DNA of 64,000 nt. It comes from the human T2T-CHM13v2.0 reference genome, Homo sapiens. The notes beneath the pieces were generated by a model. The model had not been told where the DNA came from. It was given only the letters and a program-made list of their open reading frames with translations, and ran no database searches. Position numbers and translations under genes: made by a program. Of this stretch, positions 17,904-33,886 are shown in pieces. The DNA lies in the NCBI RefSeq assembly GCF_009914755.1, contig NC_060927.1. One strand, given 5' to 3'. How positions within the stretch are numbered: position 1 is the stretch's first letter; each line of letters begins with the position of its first letter.

Positions 17904-18423
17904 TAATCTCTTTCAAGTGATGTACAAGTGAGCTTTGGGAGCAATTCATATTTATATTATGATTAAAGTTTTATTAGCTGCTCTTAAATTACCACGTTTG
18001 ATCCTCACAATTACCTTGTAATTTAAATACTGTGCTGTTATTATATTGTAATTATTTTAGTTACTCTTATGGAGCTCAGACCATAATTATGCTAGTTATG
18101 CTATGGCAAAGATATGTGCTAGTTACTTTAGGTATTCTTTTCACAATAATAGTAGAAGATGGGTAGCATTATTCCTCTTTTTTACAGAAGTAAAAATGGA
18201 AGCTTTAAAGAGGTTGACATGTCCTAAGTCACACAGTTAATATGTGGCTCCATTGTCCCTTGAATTCACATGTTTTGCCTTTGGATTTCATACACTAAGA
18301 TTAAGGTACGCATTAAATATCAGGTGCAGATAATTTGATATAATGTTTCTTATTCATTTGCTTTAATACTTTTAAGAGAACAAGTCACCTCCAGTGGTTT
18401 ATGTCTCTCATTTCATTTCCTGA

Positions 18424-18555
<132 letters not shown>

Positions 18556-18644
18556 TAAGTATCTGGTTGGTTAGATTTTTTTTCCTCTTTTCTCAGGGTG
18601 CTCTGTTAATATTTAACTCAAATTGATTTGATTCCCTTTTACAG

Positions 18645-18691
18645 AGAAGTTATTTTAACACAAGAGTCAGACAGCAAAGAAGAAGTTATCA
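18645..18691 (+). CDS. TBC1D23: TBC1D23 exon 7 (EVILTQESDSKEEVI)
   Basis: ttttacag|A, A|gtaagt; 47 nt, follows a 90-nt intron. Confidence 0.95.
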
Positions 18692-19300
18692 GTAAGTATC
18701 ATTTAATGTAGTGAAAACATTTCAGGTCTCTTTATCTGTGTAAGTTACTCAGTTTCCTCATTCGTAAATTTAGGAGATTAGTCTAGAAGAGCTCTGAGGC
18801 TCCATTCAACTCTCAGATTATATAAACACTCTCCAGGTACAGACCTTAAAGACTATTTTCCTTTATTTTGCCATCTTCATTCATTCCTTCATATTTGTTC
18901 ACTCTTTCATTCCTTTCCATATACTATTTCATTAGTTTCACTGTTCGAATAGATTGCCCTCCTCTGTTCCTCCCTACCCATCCTTAATTTACCTTTCAAT
19001 ACTCAGTTTATATGATATTTCAATTGTGAAACCTTGGTTCTCCTTTTGGATTCTCCCCACCATATCCCCCACATAGAGATAGTTACTTCCTCTCTATATT
19101 CCCTGGCACTTTGTTCTATCTGTATAACAATGTTTATCTTACTGTATTATAATGATTTATTTTTATTTTTTCACACAAGACAAAGTTCTTTAAGTCAGTA
19201 ACTATTTCTTAGGCATTTTTTATGTTCAGGGGCCTTGGCATTTCTTCATATATGTTTAATAAATAAATCATAGAATTCTAATTAAGGTTAATGAATTTGA

Positions 19301-19621
<321 letters not shown>

Positions 19622-19920
19622 TAAGACCAGAAATGACCAACTATGTTGTATTTCATATTTTGTACATTGTTTTATTACTTTATATTCACTTTAGTTAAAA
19701 TAGGTTGTCAATTTTTTCTGTTTCTTTATGTGTTGTAGTTTTGTGTGATTTTTTTTTTTCATCTCTGTAAATACCCTCCCTAGTGGAGGAACAGACAAGT
19801 TAAAAAGATAGTAGAACGCATCTTACCTCTCTTCTGATTATTGTTATTTCTGATCATAAGAAAATTGACTGAGATATTTTCTAAATTAGTGCTTTCTTGA
19901 CTTTAAAAATTATATTACAG

Positions 19921-20280
<360 letters not shown>

Positions 20281-21247
20281 TCAGGCTTGTATAGTCTTAA
20301 TAATGCTGAGCTGTCTTATAAAGAAAGGTCATTTAGGCCCCGTAAAGACTTAGATCCTTAGACCAGACAGATGCCTAATAAAGGACACCAGATTAGAAGT
20401 ATGAGTGATGTGAACTCCTGAAAAATGAAACTCTAAGAAGCAAAAGCTAATAGTGGAAGAGGCACAAGTTTATAAAGCAGACAGGTTTGTATGTGACTTC
20501 AGGTGCCCATGAGAGCACCTTTTTTTTTAAAGCATTCTGCCATAATAATTTCTAGTTGGTACTCATCGTGTCACTGAAGTGTCAAGATAAAGTTAAGTTA
20601 TGTTTAGTATACTGTGTTTTAGAAAGCAGGTAAAGGAAACCTTTTAAGATCATTTTCCCTCAAAAATAACTAATTTAAAAAGACTTATTTCTAGGGACCA
20701 GTTTCAACTATTTTAATAATTTTCTTATATAGAACTCTTCAGTTCCTAACAATGCTGTATAAGTCAGATGGTAGGATAGTAGTTTAAAATACTGAATGAA
20801 AAAGAAGTCTTATTTTTTTTCTTATTCAAGAGCTGCACCTTTTATTCTTCAGACATAGTGAAACTGTACTAGCAGTTGTGAATTAGAGCAGGCTGTGGAT
20901 CAGTATTTTAACTCATTTATGCAATAGATTTCTGCCACATATTTGTTTTTATTAAGATATGAAAAATTGTAAGTAACCATTTTTAAAGTTCAATATTAAC
21001 TACAGGTGGTAGTATAGAAAATAGCTATTTAGAATGTGTTTTTTTTTTCTTAGTCTTTCATTTTGTATGAACACTGACAGGGACTTTATGTGACATTTTT
21101 GTAGTTCTTAGCCTATAAAATTTGAGATTATGTAGTATTAAGTTTTAAAAAATCACAACTCAAGAGTATTATAATTTTACCTTTTATCATGGTTTAATAA
21201 GAATATTTTTAGGAAGAAAGTTTGATTTTTTTTTTCATAATGTTTAA

Positions 21248-21412
<165 letters not shown>

Positions 21413-22581
21413 TAGGGGACTGTTCATTTTAAATACAAGGAACCAACTTCCTCCCTGTTCATTGATTCCCACAAAATCAATTTACTGCAACAAGGTGGCT
21501 CTTTTGGCTTTTTGAATGATTGTGTTAAATGTTATGTTCAGAGGGTCATTTTAAAACTTGTCAGCTTGTGTGGTGTTTTAATTGTCTACAATTAATTATT
21601 GTTGACATTCTTGACACCAGTTTTTGTAAATCGCCATATCTTTTTTCCATATTTCAGTAGAGCAACTGAATGTGGCATTGTATAAAATACTTTTAAAAGG
21701 GTGAATTTAGCATTTAACAGTTTCTGGTAGTTTACAGCTAATTGAATTACATGGTTTAGTTCCATACAACTTATAGCAAAGGAGAATTGTGAAAATGAAA
21801 TTTTCTTCATGAAAATCTAATAAGTCAATTTGACCAATGATGTTTTTAATATATGGTCTTTATTACTAGTAGTGCAGCAGTTAACCATGGTGTGTATTTG
21901 GAAGGTGTAGTGTATTTCCAAGGTTGAGGGCAGGAAAGGAATGGACGTGGGAAAATAGCCTTTTATGGTAGATCTTTCTTAGTTGGATTTCTTACTGTAT
22001 CTGCGCTGGTTATTGAGGATTTTCAAAATACAAGCATCTCACTTTTTTCTTATTCAAACTAATATTTAAAAACAAATGAAAACATGTTATCCAGTTTAAA
22101 GAGATCCATGTGAACTTCTTTAGTTGAAACTGGTATTTCAGAACATTCTCCCTTCATCCCCCCACACGAAATAGATGTTTAGTTCTTACGTGAATTGAGC
22201 TGTTGATAAATTTGCAGATTTATTTGCAAAAAAGAATAGCATATCTAGAGTTGTGTTTATAACTATATAGCGTTTTATAATTAGTTTTATAATTAATTAT
22301 AATTAGTTTTATAGCTCAAACAGACACTCTCCTTCTATGTATTTTAAGACTTTCCAGTAAAGAACAACATCTAAAAAAGAAAAATGTTTTAACTGTTTAA
22401 AAGAAATAAAAGTATTTAGGACCTTCGGGTTATTTTCTGTGCTAACTAGGTCCTCCCAATTCCATGTGAGATCCATTTTTTAATGAACTTGTTCCCTTTA
22501 TTTGGTTAACTGTGAATATTATGTTGTGCAATGTGAACCTCATGGGAAATTCCTGTATGTCAAATGTTGTTTCCGTTTTAG

Positions 22582-22692
<111 letters not shown>

Positions 22693-22744
22693 TAATTATT
22701 CTTAAAGTAACTTTTTTTCCTTCAGTTCATAAATAAATATATAG

Positions 22745-23184
<440 letters not shown>

Positions 23185-23841
23185 TGAAAACAATGCTCAC
23201 TATGGCTTACTATCGCTTACCATTTTTATGTCAGTAAATTCTGAACTTAGTTTGAGCTACCTAGTATAGCACTTAGCATAGTGCACTGCACCTACTAAGT
23301 ACTCTCTGGATATCAGCTCTTACTGTAATTGAGTAAGAATTCTGTAGGCTTTATAGTATGAGCCATTTTTAATCATGAGTATTTATGCATATAATAAACT
23401 AATATTTAATAAGGGTAGTATCTGGCATATAAGTACTTAGTTATTAAAACTACTATCCTAGGTCATTTAATTTGAAGAATGGTAAATAATTGTCAGAGAT
23501 GTATAGAGCTGTTGGTAGAATTGAGGCTAACATCATTTAAGCCATTCTGGGATCATTAAAGCCTCAGGGATGGGGAACACAGGAATGGGATGAGAAACCT
23601 CTTAGCTAAATGTTAAGTCTACCTTTCCCCTTCCCAACTCGTCTGAAAAATTTGATGCTGAACTGAAAGGGTGTGTGAAAGGGCCTAGGTAATATTGAGG
23701 AAGAACTAACAGATATTGTGAGAAAGGCCATCTTAGCTCATCCATATTCTGTAGGTGAACTCTGTGCCTTTCTCTTCCTTGATTCCTCTCTCCTTCCTAT
23801 TTTAAAAATTTACTCAAGTGATTCATGAATACTTGAATTAA

Positions 23842-24142
<301 letters not shown>

Positions 24143-24529
24143 TGAATTTTTAAAAATTTTTAAAGAATGTTATCAGCTTACGTAATCTTCCAGACTTTTA
24201 ATATCTGTTTACATATTTTTTGTTTTGCCACTTGATTTTTCACGTAACAGTTTCTAAGAGATCTTTTGATTTAAGTACATTCTTTCTAATGATGCATAGT
24301 GGTCCATGGTACATGTAGGTATACTATAATTTATTGCCTGATTGATGTATATGTGGGTTATTTTTTGTTTTCTTGTAATAATGCTGCATTTGACATCTTT
24401 TTATACATTTTGTGAACTTATGCAAATATTTCTGTAAAATAGATTCTTAAAAGTAAAATTGTTTTGATGAGGTGTGTGGATATATACATTTTACTAGAGA
24501 CCACCGTATTGCCCTTTAAAAAGGTGGAA

Positions 24530-24633
24530 CCCAGCTATTTGGGAGGCGGAGGTTGCGGTGAGCCGAGATCGCACCAGTGCACTCCAGCCTGGGTGACAGA
24601 GGGAGATTCCGTCTCAAAAAAAAAAAAAAAAAA
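24530..24633 (+). mobile_element. 5'-truncated Alu right-arm fragment
   Basis: Poly-A and TSD GGTGGAACC. Confidence 0.88.
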
Positions 24634-25409
24634 ATGGTGGAACCTTCTTACGTTTCAGAACTCTAAATGAGAATGCCATTGGCATTATTGGATATTATCA
24701 ATCTTTTCTTATCTTACCAGAGTGATGAGTGAAAAATAGTTGTGATTACCGATGAGGTTGAACATTATTTTTTGTGAGTGTGCTGTTTATATTTGCTTTT
24801 GTTTTTTACAAATTGCTTTTCTATATGATCTGTCCATTTTTCTATTTTTCACCATACTTTTTGTGTATCTCCATTAAAACAGTTTTTAAACATCTTTGTA
24901 GTTATTGTCGTACTTGTTTCCTTGAGGGTAAGAAATGAATATTTCATCCTTGTGTCTCCGTTACCTGGAATAGTGCTGATAAACAAATGCCTTCTGTTAT
25001 TTCTGACAATCCTCTAAGAAACACATGGTTTACCATCTAAGGGGAAACTAAAAAATAGAGCTTGTTTTGATCTATAGTTTTATACTCTTTCTGTCTTGAT
25101 ATCTAAGGATACTGTTGCTACTTGTTATTTAAGAAAAAACAAGAACAACAAACAGTTTTTCTCTAGTAGAGAATTATTTTCTTTGCATCAATCTTTGTGT
25201 GAATGTTCAACTTTTGTTCTATTGTATTATAGATACATTTATAAATATTTCTCTTATCCCAGGGATTTTATTTATAAGAGCCTTTTTTTCCCCTTCATTT
25301 TCATTGTGGCTCTTTAAATATTGGGGTTTTTCCTAAAAAAAATTTCAAATTTACAAATATATGTGAAACACAGGCTTGTCAAGTTTTTAACTTTAAAAAA
25401 ATTGTCTAG

Positions 25410-25586
<177 letters not shown>

Positions 25587-25917
25587 TGACATAAATTATT
25601 TCAGTTTTGTTTGGTTAATGTTATCACCTTTAAAAAATTTACATAGATAACTTTTTGCTTGTCAGATTTATCTGTACTTTTCTTGGTTTTGTGACTTGTT
25701 AAGGTCTTCTCCAGATTTTTCTCATATGCTTATATGATTTTTTTATATTTAACTCAAACCATCTGGCATTTATTTTGTGTAAGAAGTAAGATAGGAATTA
25801 AAAAATATTTCTCCAGATAGCTTACAAATTGTACAGTTTGAAATACCACCTTATTAATATACCGAGTTCCTCTATGCATCAAGATCTATTTCTGGATTAT
25901 TATGTTATTTGATCTTT

Positions 25918-26230
25918 TATTTTTTTTCTATTTGTTATTATTTTTTTGAAATGGAGTCTTGCTCTGTCGCCCAGGCTGGAGTGCAGTGGCGCCATCTTGA
26001 CTCAGTGCAACCTCTGCATCCTGGATTCAAACAATTTTCCTGCCTTAGCCTCTCGAGTAGCTGGGCTACAGGCACACGCCACCACGCTTGACTAGTTTTT
26101 GTATTTGTAGTAGAGATGGGGTTTCACTGTGTTGGCCAGGCTGACATAGTGATCTCCGGACCTCAAGTGATCCGCCCTCCTCGGCCTCCTAGAGTGCTGG
26201 AATTACAGGCATGAGCCACTGTGCCTGGCC
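25918..26230 (-). mobile_element. Alu (S-type)
   Basis: Full dimer, TSD TATTATGTTA. Confidence 0.9.
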
Positions 26231-26831
26231 TATTATGTTACATTGATCTTTATGTGTATTTATGTCCTAGTACTTTTTACAGTAACTATATGATTCATTT
26301 TAATATCTTCATTTGAAACTGAATAAATACATATGCATATTCATTCACAACACCTAGCCATCTTTCCTTTTTGTGTTTAAATATTGTCTTCAACACAACT
26401 AATTTGAATTAGTGATTTTATGCAACCTGTTTCTCTGCTTTTTTAAAAATGTCACTCAGTGATGGCTTGTTTTTTATTATAATAGTTGCTTATTAGGTAT
26501 TCTTTGGCAGTTTATGTATTAAAGTCCTTACTTTGTATGGTCCTGAACTATGGAATCAGCAAGATGGTAGGCATGGTACACAAGCCACTCAATTTGGATT
26601 CATTTCTATTTATGTTGTATTTTACTGGGAATCTGGTTTGAAAAAATTAGTTTAAAGATGAAATCCTTGAAAAGCAAAATCAGAGAAGGAACAGGATATT
26701 TGGGAGAGGAATTGTAGGATAATTTTAAATTTTATTAAAGGAAAGAGTTTAGAAGCATACAGAATAACAAAAATAAGGAACCAAACTCATTTCATTCATA
26801 AATTTAACTGGTCTACTCTAAAAATGCTTCA

Positions 26832-27133
26832 GGCCAGGCACAGTGGCTCCCACCTATAATCCCAATACTTTGGTAGACTGAGATGGGAGGATCACTTGAG
26901 CCCAGGAGTTCAAGACCACCCTGGGCAACATAATGAGACCCTGTCTCTACAAAAAATAAAAATATTAACTGTGTGTGGATGTGCTCACCTGTAGTCCAAG
27001 CTACTTGGGAGGCTGAGGCAGGAGAATCGCATGAGCTGGGAGATTGAGGCTGCAGTGAGCCATAGTCATGCCACTGTACTCCAGCCTGGGTGACAGAGCG
27101 AGACCCTATTCTCAAAAACAAAATAAAATAAAA
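26832..27133 (+). mobile_element. Alu (J-type)
   Basis: Full dimer, TSD AAAAA(T/C)GCTTCA. Confidence 0.9.
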
Positions 27134-28188
27134 ACGCTTCAGTATAAACTATACTGTATATTGTAAGGGCTGTCATAGGGCAAGAGTTTGGAATATTGTG
27201 AACTTTTTTTTAATTATTCGAGTTCTTTATGTGGTTTTATACATTTTTTCCCCAACTTTTATTATGGAAAGTTTCAAGGAAATTGAAAAGTAGGGAGAAC
27301 TGAATGCCATAAACTCATTATGAAGACATAACCACATCATTATCATACTTTATTAAAAAAAATTTAACTAGTGTTCAAGTTTCCCTGATTTTCCTAAGAT
27401 CTAAAACAAGATGTTGACATTTGGTTGATGTCTTTTAAGTTTCTTTTAGTTTATAGGTTCCTTTTTAAAATTTTTTCCTTGCATGTATTTGTTGGGAAAA
27501 GCAGTTAATTTGTGTTATAGAGTTCCCCACATTCTGGATTTTGCTGATTACATTCACATGGTGTCATTTATCATGTTCTGTCCCTGGTATTTTCTGTAAG
27601 CCAGTAGTTTAGAGATGTGTTCAGACTTCTTTGTTTAGGGGAAGGAGGTTCTGAGGGGGTGATGCCTGCCTCTTTTAGATGATAAATACTATTTAGATGT
27701 CTTTTTTGTGTTTCTCTTTTTTTTTATTTATATTACTTAGATCCATTATGTTTTTAGTAGTTTGCAAAATGGTAACATTCCCTTATTTCTTCATAATTAG
27801 CTGTAATGTTTCTTTTTATATTATCTTTTAATAAAGGACCCAAAATATTTTGAAAGCTTTTAAAAATCACTCTGATTACATCCTAAAATACTGTTTAACT
27901 AATTTTGGTTTGACCATTGCACTATTGAAACAATAATACAAGCAAAATCAAGACTTGTTAATAGCCTTGAAGTTGTTCCCTTCTTCCCACCCAAGCACCA
28001 GAACTTACAATGCATAATAAGGTAAATGGATATACCTCTCTCTGCCAAAGTCCAAAATGTCAAGGAAATGAGAAAGCCCGGTAATTTAATGTATCACTTG
28101 GTATTGTATTTATCAGTGTTTTAGAACTAGCTAAAGTTTTAATTAAGTCGCAGTTTTGGAAGAATTTAAATTTTCTTTTCCATTACAG

Positions 28189-28231
28189 AAAAACAAAGAA
28201 TATGTGAGTATTGCCAGTGGAGGATTTATGG
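28189..28231 (+). CDS. TBC1D23: TBC1D23 exon 12 (KNKEYVSIASGGFM)
   Basis: ttacag|AAA, G|gtaaga; 43 nt. Confidence 0.95.
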
Positions 28232-29778
28232 GTAAGATTTTGATTTATTAGTTTTTTTCCTCTATGTTTCAGAAGAAATTGTATTGATTATCAATAGAGT
28301 TGATCTGGAGTGGTCACATTAGTTAAAGGGTAGACTCTTCATTCATTCAATATTTTCAGAAAAGGCAAGGCCAGGAGGACTTACAGATAACAGACAAACG
28401 TAATAGGCAATTGAAATTGGTGACTATTTGATGTAAGACTATTTTAATAGATTTGTTTCCAAAAAATATTTTTGTAAAGATGAATGAAAAACTGCCCATA
28501 TGATTGCCTCTATGGAGAAGAAGGATTAAATGATGGGACAGGGAAGGAAGACTTCAAGGAATACTTTTTATAGTATACCCTTTGGACTCTTTAGGTGTTT
28601 TGTTATTTTATTTTTGAACTACTTGAAGGTATTCTCTGTTTAAAAAATGTTAGCTAAGTGGAACAAAATAAACTGATATTTTCAGAACTGCAGACTAATA
28701 TTTAATAATCTAGGAGAGTAAAATAATTGGCAGGATCTCTGCAGGCAAGTATTGAGAATTTTACTTTGCAGTAAATAAGATTTTAAAAGAGTAATAAGAT
28801 TTTAAAAGAGCCTGTCTTACATTAGAAAAAGAGATACTACAAAAATACTGAGCTGTAAATGCTGGGGAAAATTAATGATCAAATCAAATCAATATGTAAG
28901 AATCACATGCTGACCAGTTGTGCAACTGAAGCTCCAAAAATCAAATCAGTATATGTTGAGGGTAATGGAATCTTAGGCTTTAATCATGGGAGTTAGGCTG
29001 TAACTTAGGATTTTGGGAACATTAGGATGTATTTCCTCCTGGTCATTGTTGATATTAACAAGGATTATGATTATCTTCTGTATATCATGACCTGATAACT
29101 AATGACTTTTGAGGTTCATACCCAGAGTGATGTACAAAAGGGGTTATTTTAATAAGTAGTGTTAAACATGTATTGGCCCTAGGCTCAGTGTTATTTATTA
29201 GGAATCCTGGTAACGATATAAAACTTGATTATTAAGCTTGTAATTCTCAAAAGTGTCTGAAAAGCATTCTTTTATAGTATAACCCAGATTTTAGAAAATT
29301 TTTTAAAACCATGAAGTATTTCTTTACCAAGAATAATCTCTCTTTCCGTAACTGTTAATGGCTAACAATGCTTCTTTATTATGGGAGAGATTGATTGATA
29401 TCTCCTTATGGTATAACAAAAGTCACAATCGGTTTTCTGTTATCCTTTATGTCATAAAAATGTTGCAGAAATTATCTGTTAATACTTGAAAGATTTCCTT
29501 TCAAAGAAGAAAACGTAAAGCCTATACAGTTATCATCACATTGGCGTCAGTTAAGAAAAGTTATCCGTGTACAGAGGGTTTTAGAAGGAAGAATAGGAAG
29601 GTTTGCTCTAGCTTGGAGGCCTTTACTCCTTTACAGACGTGCAGAAAGAAATACCTGTGATTATTTCCTTCAGTCCTTTTTTCTCAGCTGTGACATGTTT
29701 ATTGTATTTCGTTGGTAATGAATTTTTCCAAAGAGTGTTGATATTTTAGGTTTTTCTTTTTTTTTTAATTTATCTTAA

Positions 29779-29922
<144 letters not shown>

Positions 29923-30013
29923 TAAGTTCCCAGAAAAGGTGATTAACTACTAAACCCCCACCATAACAGAAATGGAGTCAAAACATTTCAAACACATGCA
30001 ATGAAGAGTCATA

Positions 30014-30086
30014 TTATTGTGAGATTAATGAGATGATACAGCAAGCCATTATTTATTGTGAGATTAATGAAATGATACAGCAAGCC
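30014..30086. repeat. 39-bp period tandem duplication
   Basis: TTATTGTGAGATTAATGARATGATACAGCAAGCC x2. Confidence 0.9.
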
Positions 30087-31536
30087 TTCACAGTTAAACT
30101 AGGTGGGAGCTCTTGAAGTTCAGCTGCTGAATTCAAATTTCTCCCTGTCCAGCTGTAGTTTGGTATCATGTAGTGACAGTTTTATGTTCCAGCTTAAATA
30201 TCAATGGGGACAAATCTGGGTCCTGTAAATAGCTGGGACTCTTAAGCAAGCTGATTCCAGGCATCTCCCAGTTAGTTTTTGCCAGAATACTAGGGCTCAT
30301 AATCATCTCGTGCACACTATGTCTGTACCCATCCCCATCACAGACTTAAATGATTTGGACTTGAGTCTATCCACATTTGAGAATTGGCCAGGCAGAGGAA
30401 GACAAGAACAAGTTGCCAATCCTATTTTATTTGATTTTTAGTTATTGAGATGTGTATTACTACCCAGTTTTGCTACAGTGGATAAATCTGTTTTTCTGTT
30501 CTTTGGAAATATTTGGGTAATAGGTCTTTTGTGCTTTTCCAGTACTTCAATATTTCATGTCAGTTGAATTAGATGTCATTAAATTATTCATAAATAATGG
30601 TCCTCACATACCTAGTGATTATTCTTTAAAACAGAAATAGAAGGAAAACTGCAGTACAAGGTCACAGTTAGTAGCTTGGGCTTACAGGTCTGACATACCT
30701 GGGTTCAGATTTCATCTACAACTTACTTTCTTCATGATCTCCAGCAAGATCTTTGAGCTGTGGTTTCTCCACCTGTGGAATATAAATGTTAACAACATAA
30801 CCTTCTTTCTAAGGATAACTTGAGAATTAACAGTGCAAGTAAATGGAAAGTATAGTACCTGTCACCAGATATTTAATAGTAGTTATTACGAAATTGTAAC
30901 TCACTACCTGTGTTAGTTGAGGTTTATCTTCAGCCATGCAAATCAAAATCAGATTATTTTCACATCAGCAGATAAGGTTTGTCTGAGAATCTTATTTTTA
31001 ATTTGATACTCTTATTTTTAACTTGATGCCATTGTGTGAAATCACCATTACTTAGTAAACGTTTGCTATTTTCACTTTAAATAACTAAATAATATTTCAT
31101 TTTATGGGTGTATTATAATTTATTCAGTTCTCTATTGTTCAATATTTACATTGTTTCCAGTTTTTTTCTGTTACAAACACTATTTAATTTTTGTAGTGAT
31201 AAATTTGCATATGCCATGATTATTTTGTCCTGGAAGTGGAATAACTTGATTAAAATGTTACCAAAGTCCTTAGACTTCTGCATTATTATCAAATGGCTCT
31301 CCAAAAAACATTCTAATTTATATTCCCATTCACATCACTGGATAGTTTTTCTATTGAAGCTTTTATATTCAGATTTGAAAAACACTGATTGAGGCTATTT
31401 TAGAAATTATCTTAAAGAGCATTCTTTTCAAAGTACCAAAGAATTTTTACAGTTTAATTTGGCTCTGAATTTAGATATGGAAATAGAAACATAATTTTTT
31501 TTGTTGTTAATGACATTTCTTCTAAAAATGAAAGTA

Positions 31537-31852
<316 letters not shown>

Positions 31853-32281
31853 TCATTTTAGCATCATATGTAAATAAGAAAAGTATAAAGAAAATAAAAT
31901 CACCTGTAGCTGTTACCAGAGATAATTTTGCCATTCATATTTTAAAGTATTTTCATCAAACCCTTTTTAGTGAATGTGTTTCTTTATTTTAAAAGTAGTG
32001 ATCATAGCATACCTAGAATTTTATTTTCTGCTTTTTCACTAAACATATGAGCATTTTCTAGCATTTTAAAATGCTATTTAAAAATAATATGAGTTTGTAA
32101 TGGCTGTATAATTTTCCATCAAATAGTACCCAAATTTCTGGGCACTTCCTTCTCATTAATTCTAAAGAGGAATTAATTGGCAGAAAATAGGATCACTTTT
32201 AAATGTTTGACACCCATCACGAAGTTGCCTTCTAGGAAGGTATATATGAGCAATCCCATGAAACAATTTAAGAATTAATAC

Positions 32282-32546
32282 AGCCATGCATGGTGGCTCA
32301 TGCTTGTAATCCCAGCATTATGGGAATCCGAGGCAGATGAATCACCTGAGGTCAGGAGTTCAAAAATTAGCCAGGTGTGGTGGTAGGTGCCTATAATCCC
32401 AGCTATTCAGGAGACTGAGGCAGGGAGAATTGCTTGAACCCAGGAGGCGGAGGTTGCAGTGAGCCAAGATCGCACCACTGCACTCCAACCTGGGCAACAG
32501 AGCAGGACTCTGTCTCAAAACAACAACAACAAAAAACACAAAAAAG
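32282..32546 (+). mobile_element. Alu with internal deletion
   Basis: GGAGTTC joined directly to AAAAATTAGCC. Confidence 0.88.
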
Positions 32547-32672
32547 AATTATACTCGCATCTCTTACATTTGGTACATCAGGATAACTTTTCTTCAGAAA
32601 ATAAAGGCCTAAGTGGCAATGTCTTTAAAAAGCAAACATTTACAAGGGATATTTAAAAATGTAGCTGCATGG

Positions 32673-32924
32673 ATAGTAGTTTGATTATACTTTTGCTTAT
32701 TTTTGAAGACTAGTCTGAGATAAGAAAGGTTAATAGTTTTAACTATTTCTTATTGAATAAATAAGGTAATTTCAGGCTCCACACTCACATATGTGCAAAT
32801 AGTAGTTTGATCATACTTTTGCTTATTTTTGTAGACTAGTCTGAGATAAGAAAGGTCAGTAGTTTTAACTGTTTCTTATATAATAAAAAAGATAATGTCA
32901 GACTCCACGCACATATATGTGCAA
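32673..32924. repeat. 126-bp tandem duplication
   Basis: ATAGTAGTTTGAT..ATGTGCAA x2 (32673, 32799). Confidence 0.92.
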
Positions 32925-32953
32925 GTATATCCTAAATTTTTTATTCTACCTTC

Positions 32954-33250
32954 TTTTTTTTTTTTTTTTTTTGAGACAGCGTCTCGCTCTGTCGCGCAGA
33001 CTGGAGTGCAGTGGTACAATCTCAGCACACTGCAACCTCCACCTCACAGGTTCAAGCAGTTCTCTGCCACAGCCTCCCGAGTAGCTGGGATTACAAGCAC
33101 CCATCACCACGCCCGGCTAATTTTTGTACTTTTAGTAGAGATGGGGTTTCACCATGTTGGCCAGTCTGGTCTTGAACTCCTGACCTCATGATCCACCTGC
33201 CTCGGCCTCCCAAAGTACTGGGATTACAGGCGTGAGCCACCGCGCCCAGC
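32954..33250 (-). mobile_element. Alu (S-type)
   Basis: TSD TCTACCTTCT. Confidence 0.92.
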
Positions 33251-33287
33251 ATCTACCTTCTATTCTTAAAATGATTTCACCTAATGA

Positions 33288-33672
33288 ATTAGTTTGCAGC
33301 TGCCGCAACAAAATATCATACTACAAACTGGGGGCTTAACCAATGTAAATTTATTTTCTTACTGTTCTGGAGGCTAAAAGTCCAAGATGAAAGTATTGGC
33401 AGGTTTAGTTTATCCTGAGGCCTCTCTCCTTGGCTTGCAGATGGATGCCTTGCCTTGTGTGTCCTTACATGGCTTCTCTGTTTTCATGTGCTCATGTCTT
33501 TCTCTCTTATAAGGACACCAGTCAGACTGGATTAGAGACCACCTGAAGACCTCATTTAACCTTAATTATGCCTGTAGAGGCCTTGTCTCCAAATACAGTC
33601 ACATTCTGAGATATACTGGGAGTTAGGACTTCAACATATGATTTTGGTGGGATTGCAATTCAGTCTATAACA
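33288..33672 (-). mobile_element. MLT1 (MaLR) LTR
   Basis: GTTCTGGAGGCTAAAAGTCCAAGAT...CCAAATACAGTCACATTCTGAG...CAGTCTATAACA. Confidence 0.8.
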
Positions 33673-33745
33673 TGTAGATAACCATTAGCAGTAGTATGTC
33701 TTTTAGTCATTCAGAGGCAGTTAATCCATTATGTTCTTTTTTTAG

Positions 33746-33886
<141 letters not shown>

